IMG/VR virus record: IMGVR_UViG_3300022758_000016
Coordinates: 1-6,417 of that record
Length of the DNA: 6,417 nt
Strand: one strand, 5' to 3'
Source: a virus
Each line of letters opens with the position of its first letter. The first letter of the stretch is position 1. A program made the position numbers and the translations under genes. This document shows, piece by piece, positions 1 to 5,102 of the stretch. The notes beneath the pieces were generated by a model. The model made no database searches, was not told where the DNA came from, and worked only from the letters and a program-made list of their open reading frames with translations.

Positions 1-127
1 ATAAGCAGAAATTTTAATAGCATCCTTGCCCGAATTAAAAGCTCCGTAATAGGGAGATATAGGAGTGTCAGAGGTAGCAGGCAAGAAGCGAACGAAATCC
101 AAAGAAAAATCCACAAGCTTAAGCAAA
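1..127. repeat. Terminal direct repeat, copy A. Identical to 6291-6417 and marks the join of a 6290-bp circular genome.
   Basis: Base-by-base comparison shows 1-127 = 6291-6417, including the final aagcaaa. The repeat is cut off by the window edge, so it may be longer in the source. Confidence 0.9.
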
Positions 128-1167
128 GTAGAACGATCGGTTTTAACAAGAGGCGAAACAGGAGGACAGACAAAACCAAAAGAAAGTCTGGGCCTATTAG
201 AAGAATCAGAGAAAGCAACCCTAACCTCAAAAGTAACCGTCATAGTCTGGGAGGCCTCATCAACAGAATAGGGGTTATTAAAAGAATCGATGCCGATAGA
301 AATGAAAGGCTGTTCGTTACCCTCATCTTCAACAGGAGTAGGAGATGTAGAATAAATAATACGAGCAGTCTGACATTTTTTCAAGTAAGCCATAGGATTA
401 AAAGAGGAAGCCGAAGAATTGGCAAGACCAATTTTAGCAACACCCCGCATGACAGCAACAAAAGGTTCCGAATGAGAATCACCAGTATAAGAAAGGTTAA
501 AAGAACCTAAAGACTGATAACGCCAATAACCACGAGAATTAGGAAGAGGAACAGGGAATGAAATACAACCACCGTCAGAAGAATAAGCAGGTTCCAGCTT
601 GGTAATATGATACTGACCTAATTTCAAAGTAAGATTACCGCCTTTATAATAATTCTCTTGCAAACCAGCGTTAAATTCGATACTCATATTAGAACCAGGA
701 GTTGCCATTGATGAAGGCGCATCCTGAACAGAAGAAATGCTACCCTGGGGCAAATAACCAAAAGTCATTTCAAGCGAAGGAATACCAAAGTAATCACCAA
801 GACCGGAGGGTTTTAACGCACCACCTTCTTGAAGATCAGACGCCTTAAAATTCATATAAGGAGGTACAAATTCCTCTGTGTTATCACTACTAATGAAATC
901 CATATAGTCCTTCCAAAGAGTACGCAAAGGAACTTTAAAAAATGACAAATAAGCTTTCATCTTCGTCTGGATCGGGAACATCATAGGCATAAAGCGAAGA
1001 CCAAACTCGGGTTTAATGCGAATAGAGCTATTAGGAGGCACTAACTCAGTAAAAACAGGAGTAATGCGGCCTAAATCAGTGGTAAAATTGTTATCGTGTG
1101 ACCAATCGAAGCTATTACGCTTAACATCATTTTTAATGTCACCGATCTTGTTAAACACGTTAGCCAT
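1..1167 (-). CDS. Microviridae major capsid protein (VP1 / F-like), N-terminal 389 codons. It continues through the circular junction into 6290->5103, giving about 784 aa in total.
   Basis: ATG at 1167-1165 sits just after an in-frame stop at 1173-1171. I checked every in-frame triplet of 1-1164 and found no stop. The N-terminus reads MANVFNKIGDIKNDVKRNSFDWSHDNNFTTDLGRITPVFTELVPPNSSIRIKPEF...AYLSFFKVPLRTLW. This fits the conserved microvirus F/VP1 N-terminal pattern (RNSFDLSH..., ...LPGD/S..., FFFVP.R..W). The frame (codon tops divisible by 3) matches the 5103-6416 ORF after subtracting 6290. Third-position T bias is strong. This part is absent from the ORF track only because it has no in-window stop. 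Confidence 0.9.
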   Translation of the reverse strand, partial: MANVFNKIGDIKNDVKRNSFDWSHDNNFTTDLGRITPVFTELVPPNSSIRIKPEFGLRFMPMMFPIQTKMKAYLSFFKVPLRTLWKDYMDFISSDNTEEFVPPYMNFKASDLQEGGALKPSGLGDYFGIPSLEMTFGYLPQGSISSVQDAPSSMATPGSNMSIEFNAGLQENYYKGGNLTLKLGQYHITKLEPAYSSDGGCISFPVPLPNSRGYWRYQSLGSFNLSYTGDSHSEPFVAVMRGVAKIGLANSSASSFNPMAYLKKCQTARIIYSTSPTPVEDEGNEQPFISIGIDSFNNPYSVDEASQTMTVTFEVRVAFSDSSNRPRLSFGFVCPPVSPLVKTDRSTLLKLVDFSLDFVRFLPATSDTPISPYYGAFNSGKDAIKISAY

Positions 1168-1442
1168 TACTTAAATGATTGAGGTTGAAAAATTGTTGTA
1201 GAATCAACAGAAGAACTACTACTACTTTCACTCGATTGAGTGGAGTTGTTATTGTTTTTCTGAACAGAGAGAGTAACCGTACATGACGGCAAGAACCAGA
1301 GCAAAAGCGAAAGACCAATAACAACAAGCGCATACAAAATGTAATACACTACGAGGTTAAAAGTACTCTCGCCATCTATTGCGCTCAACGGAGAGGGCAA
1401 TATTTTCCGCAAGAGCGCCAAGATTTGTTTTTTTGTCACCAT
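1167..1442 (-). CDS. Small single-pass membrane protein, function unknown. ATG at 1442 gives 91 aa. Alternative starts are GTG at 1466 (99 aa) or GTG at 1349 (60 aa, just after the Rep stop).
   Basis: Sequence MVTKKQILALLRKILPSPLSAIDGESTFN-LVVYYILYALVVIGLSLLLWFLPSC-TVTLSVQKNNNNSTQSSESSSSSSVDSTTIFQPQSFK. It has one clear hydrophobic helix and then a Ser-rich polar tail. T-ending codons are about 49%, like VP1. The stop TAA overlaps the VP1 ATG as TAATG, which suggests translational coupling. The first ~36 codons overlap the Rep C-terminus in another frame. Confidence 0.45.
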   Translation of the reverse strand: MVTKKQILALLRKILPSPLSAIDGESTFNLVVYYILYALVVIGLSLLLWFLPSCTVTLSVQKNNNNSTQSSESSSSSSVDSTTIFQPQSFK

Positions 1443-2904
1443 ATTTCTTTTTAAATACTTCAACACGGGTTTTTAAATACTGTTCTCGACTGCGAAAATA
1501 CGAATCATCTATTTTAATCTCCAAGACATTTCGTGCTAAAATATCCAAACGTTCTGTTAAAGTGTATATATATTCGTTAAAGTACTCACGATCTTTTATC
1601 CAATTACCGATATTAATGTGAGGTACAACAGGAAGAGTATATTCGCACACATGAGCATAAGCCTCAGCCCATTTTTTACGCTTAAAGGGGTTACAAAACT
1701 CATCCGTATAGTATTGTAACTCACCATCAACAAACCTATCCATAGGGTAAAGACGATAAAGCTGTTGAACGGATTGTTCAAAAAGCGAAAAAGTGTAACA
1801 AAAATCACGAACTGTCTCATATTCTTTAGATTTTAAATAGGATGAAGGGGAAGGTATTAATGTAGATTTTACCCACGAATCTATGGGCATATAAAAAAGC
1901 TTACCGGAACCAGTAACACGATCAACGACGGGAAGAGCTTCGAGAGAGGGATTATTTAAAATCTCATCTTTCCGAGCACGAATATAAGCAGAACCAATGC
2001 CACCGCCTCTATTAGAAGCGGTACGAAATGGAGGCTCACAGGTAGAATGAGGGGCATTAGAACCTTTAACCATGTACTTAGTAATATAGGCCGGAGCACC
2101 GGAATTAGCAGGAAGAACCTTTATCGATCCGATCGGATACCGACGATAAATGAAAGCTCCTGACGGATAACGTAAACGCGCGCCAGCGCATAGATGCGCA
2201 ACAGCCGAGCAGGAGTTACGCTCTTTATATTGATTGAGCGGACAGGTGCGACATTTACTATAAAAAGGTATGCGTTTACCGTTTTCGTCAGACTGGAAAT
2301 GAGACCACGCTTTTTGTATAAATGCTTGGACCTTAAGTATATCCTTAAAATGTGTAACAGGAAAACCCCACAGAAGTAGATGATAATGAGGCCTTTTAGT
2401 GTTATGGCCATACTCGCCACACGCGAAATAGCGCAACGAATGAGGTATAGATTGATTATCAAGTAAAGAGCGTAAACGCTTAAAAAACAACTGTAAATCA
2501 GACTTGCGAAGTGTTTCATAACCATATTCATTTTTAGGGAGATGTTCGGGATTATATGTAAGTGTAATGAACAAAGGAGCAGAACCAGTAGTTTCTGTTT
2601 CCATGATAGCGCGAGTAGCCAAAGCATTGGCTTTACGTTTACGACAAATAATGCAAGAACCACAAGGGACAGCGATATAAAGAGGGATCATATCACCAGT
2701 TTTAGAATTTAAAAGGTAACAATGCTCTATGTCCGAAAGACCAATAGACCATTTTTTAGGGGAGTATTGCCAAGGCTCGAGGACAAAGGTCTCCATGATC
2801 CAGCATTGACAGCGCTCGCGAATATAGATACGATCGAAATCCAAGGCCTTTTTACGGGCCTCGGGATTGATGAGAATGACGGGATGCAGGCATTTAATAT
2901 CCAT
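1357..2904 (-). CDS. Rolling-circle replication initiation protein (Microviridae VP4 / phiX174 gene A-like, HUH endonuclease superfamily), 515 aa from ATG 2904.
   Basis: Motif I FITLTY is verified at 2554-2571 (rc TTCATTACACTTACATAT). Motif II HYHLLL is at 2371-2388, preceded by GEYG...RPHYH. Motif III YITKYMVK is at 2065-2088. A Cys cluster (PCGSCIICRKRK) precedes motif I, as in gokushovirus VP4. I chose the start at MDIKCLHP because the upstream same-frame extension (TTG at 3093) lacks the T-ending codon bias of real genes. Stop TAA at 1359-1357. Confidence 0.92.
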   Translation of the reverse strand: MDIKCLHPVILINPEARKKALDFDRIYIRERCQCWIMETFVLEPWQYSPKKWSIGLSDIEHCYLLNSKTGDMIPLYIAVPCGSCIICRKRKANALATRAIMETETTGSAPLFITLTYNPEHLPKNEYGYETLRKSDLQLFFKRLRSLLDNQSIPHSLRYFACGEYGHNTKRPHYHLLLWGFPVTHFKDILKVQAFIQKAWSHFQSDENGKRIPFYSKCRTCPLNQYKERNSCSAVAHLCAGARLRYPSGAFIYRRYPIGSIKVLPANSGAPAYITKYMVKGSNAPHSTCEPPFRTASNRGGGIGSAYIRARKDEILNNPSLEALPVVDRVTGSGKLFYMPIDSWVKSTLIPSPSSYLKSKEYETVRDFCYTFSLFEQSVQQLYRLYPMDRFVDGELQYYTDEFCNPFKRKKWAEAYAHVCEYTLPVVPHINIGNWIKDREYFNEYIYTLTERLDILARNVLEIKIDDSYFRSREQYLKTRVEVFKKKYGDKKTNLGALAENIALSVERNRWREYF

Positions 2905-2905
2905 A

Positions 2906-3118
2906 TTATAAAGGCAAATTTTCGTCCATATCAAAAAAGGAATCAACATAGTAGCCGACAATAGATGCACCAGTAGCAGGGATAACATAATCACGAAGCC
3001 AACAAAGCTCACGACGAGCAGCCGAGAGATTAACATAAACATGCGTCTTAACAAAGGATTCTTTCCAAACAGAGCGACCGGCCTTAACGCCAAAAAAAAC
3101 GCTTAAACTTAAGGACAC
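2906..3118 (-). CDS. Hypothetical 70-aa protein. GTG start at 3118 is the only in-frame start. Stop TAA lies 1 nt before the Rep ATG (TAATATG).
   Basis: T-ending codons are about 57% in this frame, against about 30% in the overlapping Rep-extension frame. This matches the genome's coding signature. The tight junction with Rep also fits. No recognisable family. Protein: SLSLSVFFGVKAGRSVWKESFVKTHVYVNLSAARRELCWLRDYVIPATGASIVGYYVDSFFDMDENLPL. Confidence 0.4.
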   Translation of the reverse strand: MSLSLSVFFGVKAGRSVWKESFVKTHVYVNLSAARRELCWLRDYVIPATGASIVGYYVDSFFDMDENLPL

Positions 3119-3560
3119 CTTGATATCTTCTTTCCATAACTCAAATGATTTTATTAATTATTTAACATGCCACAAAGATAAGCGTTCCGGGAAACAAAAA
3201 GAATAACCGACTATATGTTATAAAACATATTTCGGTATATTATATCTATAATGCTAAGGTAACATTTGCAACTTCAATGTCAACATGTCAGTTGCGCTTA
3301 TATTATCGAGAGGGAGAGAGCCCGCTCTAACCGCGGTGGGACAATTCTATTCATTTTTTATTGGTTTAGGGCGCGCGCGTCTAATGTCAGGGGGTAAACG
3401 AATAAAGTGAAGCGAACCATTAGCATTTACAGATACATCTATCCTGTAACGCGCTTGGCTCGCTTCGCTCGATTCGCTCACGCTCATTTGGTATATTTCG
3501 CCACGCCTACGGCTTGCTACATTAATGGATAATGAGTACGCCTAACGGCGATCAGCGAGA
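3119..3560 (-). promoter_or_regulatory. Large noncoding region between VP2 and ORF70/Rep. Candidate origin(s) of replication and promoter(s).
   Basis: No ORF with coding bias is present. It is AT-rich with embedded GC-rich elements. These include alternating gcgcgcgcgt at 3371-3380, ccgcgg at 3331-3336, small hairpins, CGCT(C/T) direct repeats at 3452-3485, and an inverted partner gaagcgaa at 3409-3416. A Bacteroidetes-type -7-like motif TAtcTTTG (minus sense) lies at 3173-3180, and a TTGACA/TTGCAA...TATAAT-like cluster lies around 3230-3290. Confidence 0.4.
3452..3485. repeat. Cluster of short direct repeats of the CGCT(C/T) or TTCGCTC type, iteron-like.
   Basis: Sequence cgcttggctcgcttcgctcgattcgctcacgctc. 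TTCGCTC occurs at 3464-3470 and 3473-3479. CGCTC occurs again at 3481-3485 and CGCTT at 3452-3456 and 3461-3465. An inverted copy gaagcgaa lies at 3409-3416. Confidence 0.35.
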
Positions 3561-4712
3561 CTACTTTTTGCCATGGCGTAAGATTTTTTTCGCGATGCCG
3601 CCAGGAGAAGGAAGCCAATCAGAAGCAACCTGCGAAATATGATACAAAGACTGTGTTGCCTGGTTAGCTACGGTGACAATACGCTGGGCATCATCATATT
3701 TTTGGTCCTGTTGGAGCTTAAAAACAGCAGCATCACGGTGTATGTCTATGCTATTGGTATAATGCTCGACTTGCGTCTTTTGGGCATCAGTAAGACGGAT
3801 ATTTGCCTGTTTGAGAGCAGTATCAGTGTCGATATTATTAACTTTAGCATACATGGTCACAAGGATACTCTTTGCTTCGGCTTCGGAAAGATTAACTTTC
3901 GCATCAGTCTCACGTACACGACGTGCAAACTCTTCACACTCCAACTCAAAACGCTTGGTATTAAGTATAGCAGCAGTACGATTAGCAACGGTAGAGCTAT
4001 CCAAATTCGCAGTACGAGACCAAGACTCGGCAACCTGTGCCTTAAGGAGATTGACATGTTCATTAATATCGTTAATTTCAGAAATAAGCTTACTTTTCTG
4101 TTCAGAAGTATATTCAGCCTGCGCCTTGGTTAGCTGAACCTCTAAACCTGACAACTTTATAGCATTATCAGTAGTAGCAGCTTTAACAAAATTATCAATA
4201 TTAAGAGAGGCAACCTCACCTTCTTTCTTCGAAGTATCCGCCTTAATGTTTTTCGTTTCCGCGAGCGTTTTCGCATAGGCAGCACCTTGAAAAAGAGACT
4301 CCATAGCAGTAGGCGTGCCCATAATAGGGCCAGCAACATCAGCAGGCGGGACAGAAGAGGGCATAGCAGCAGAAGCAACATTAGAATCAACAAGACCGGA
4401 AGCACCATTACCGTAAATCAAATCAGGATTTAAACCGGCATCCTTCAAACGAGCCATAACAGCAGAAGGACTATTATACGCACGTTCATCAGCCAAATTC
4501 TCACGCTCAACACGATTATACCATTCAGCCATATCTTTCTGCCATTCACGAGCAAGACGATTCTCTTCTTTTTGAGCAGCGATAGCACGCTTTTGGCGCT
4601 TATTAGCACCAATAGAGCCAAAAAGACCGGAAGCAACACCGACACCAGTATTGAGAAGAGCACCGCCACCAGTACCGGAACCAAGTAAGGCAGTTAATGC
4701 AGCAGCAGACAT
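3561..4712 (-). CDS. Minor capsid / DNA pilot protein (Microviridae VP2, phiX174 H-like), 383 aa.
   Basis: ATG at 4712-4710 and stop TAG at 3563-3561. The N-terminus is Gly/Ala-rich and hydrophobic (AAALTALLGSGTGGGALLNTGVGVASGLFGSIGA), like the H-protein transmembrane region. The segment NSPSAVMARLKDAGLNPDLIYGNG (4407-4472) matches my memory of a conserved gokushovirus VP2 block. The central 200 aa is strongly coiled-coil-like (K/E/A/Q-rich heptads). The gene sits after VP1 as in Alpavirinae/Gokushovirinae. T-ending codon bias is very strong. Confidence 0.75.
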   Translation of the reverse strand: MSAAALTALLGSGTGGGALLNTGVGVASGLFGSIGANKRQKRAIAAQKEENRLAREWQKDMAEWYNRVERENLADERAYNSPSAVMARLKDAGLNPDLIYGNGASGLVDSNVASAAMPSSVPPADVAGPIMGTPTAMESLFQGAAYAKTLAETKNIKADTSKKEGEVASLNIDNFVKAATTDNAIKLSGLEVQLTKAQAEYTSEQKSKLISEINDINEHVNLLKAQVAESWSRTANLDSSTVANRTAAILNTKRFELECEEFARRVRETDAKVNLSEAEAKSILVTMYAKVNNIDTDTALKQANIRLTDAQKTQVEHYTNSIDIHRDAAVFKLQQDQKYDDAQRIVTVANQATQSLYHISQVASDWLPSPGGIAKKILRHGKK

Positions 4713-4723
4713 AAAAATAAATT

Positions 4724-5029
4724 TTAAGTTAATAAATCTTTTTCACGACGCCGAGCTTGCATAATACGACGCTTGGCAGCTTGCGAAAGCTCCCAAAGGG
4801 AATTTCGATCAGCATCAACGCGCAATTCAGGAGGCACGCCTAAACCGGAATCGACAGAAAAAAAGTTAGAGGCATTAGGGACAGAAACAGGAACACCCTG
4901 ACGGGCCAAACGCTCGATATCCGAGGGAGTAATAGACAAACCGGAAACTACAACATCCTCACAGGAATCACGCCGACAAGAAACACGATGATAAGTTTCA
5001 AACGGATTAATACGAGATAACACTTTCAT
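4724..5029 (-). CDS. Hypothetical 101-aa protein between VP1 and VP2. It is mildly basic with an Arg/Lys-rich C-terminus. It may be a DNA-binding or scaffold-type accessory protein.
   Basis: The first ATG is at 5029-5027; the track's start at 5038 is a TTG three codons upstream. Stop TAA at 4726-4724 lies only 11 nt before the VP2 ATG. Codons are T-ending (ATG AAA GTG TTA TCT CGT ATT AAT CCG TTT...). The C-terminus reads AAKRRIMQARRREKDLLT. No family recognised. Confidence 0.6.
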   Translation of the reverse strand: MKVLSRINPFETYHRVSCRRDSCEDVVVSGLSITPSDIERLARQGVPVSVPNASNFFSVDSGLGVPPELRVDADRNSLWELSQAAKRRIMQARRREKDLLT

Positions 5030-5049
5030 AACAAACAATTTTAAAACAA

Positions 5050-5070
5050 TACCGGCACAATAGCGCCGAT
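5050..5070 (-). terminator. Weak hairpin plus U-rich tract just downstream of the VP1 stop. Possible partial terminator or attenuator.
   Basis: The minus-sense RNA reads CGGCgcuauuguGCCG followed by guauuguuuuaaaauuguuuguu. The stem is only 4 bp G-C (5053-5056 with 5065-5068). Confidence 0.15.
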
Positions 5071-5102
5071 ATTGTCAATTAACTAAACATCAGAATTACA
5101 AA

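Noticed and set aside
2121-2663. 180-aa same-strand ORF embedded in Rep in another frame, recalling phiX gene B inside gene A.
   Set aside because: The product is Leu/Ile/Phe-rich low complexity, typical of off-frame reading of T-rich coding DNA. The start is a GTG chosen by the ORF caller. There is no T3 bias in that frame. It would need conservation evidence before being taken seriously.
2905-3093. Rep starting at the upstream in-frame TTG (3093), giving a 578-aa protein with a hydrophobic 63-aa N-terminal extension.
   Set aside because: The extension frame has only about 30% T at third positions, against about 50-57% in genuine genes here. The other frame, ORF70, carries the coding signature. 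The first internal ATG (2904) gives the M-x-C-x-x-P type N-terminus seen in microvirus VP4. It is kept only as a slippage hypothesis in the findings.
3230-3295. Sigma70-like promoter on the minus strand: TTGACA / TTGCAA with TATAAT and TAGATA downstream.
   Set aside because: The perfect TATAAT is 21 nt from TTGCAA, which is too far. The 17-nt-spaced alternative TAGATA is a poor -10. The host probably does not use sigma70-type promoters. It is noted only as part of the AT-rich promoter-like zone.
3538-3555. Hairpin CGCCgttaGGCG immediately after the VP2 stop, as a terminator.
   Set aside because: The stem is only 4 bp and there is no following U-tract in the mRNA sense. It is more likely part of the structured origin region than a terminator.
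3639-4137. 164-aa and 108-aa plus-strand ORFs antisense to VP2, and the 68-aa (65-271), 80-aa (1379-1621), 61-aa (2194-2379) and 80-aa (2722-2964) plus-strand ORFs.
   Set aside because: Same reasoning: they are antisense to confidently called genes on a T-depleted strand, with no supporting features.
4157-4684. 83-aa and 79-aa Leu-rich minus-strand ORFs inside VP2, the 134-aa ORF inside VP1 (5249-5653) and the 74-aa ORF inside Rep (1596-1820).
   Set aside because: These are off-frame translations of GCT/CTT-rich coding sequence that yield poly-Leu junk. They are fully nested in genes with strong frame-specific codon bias.
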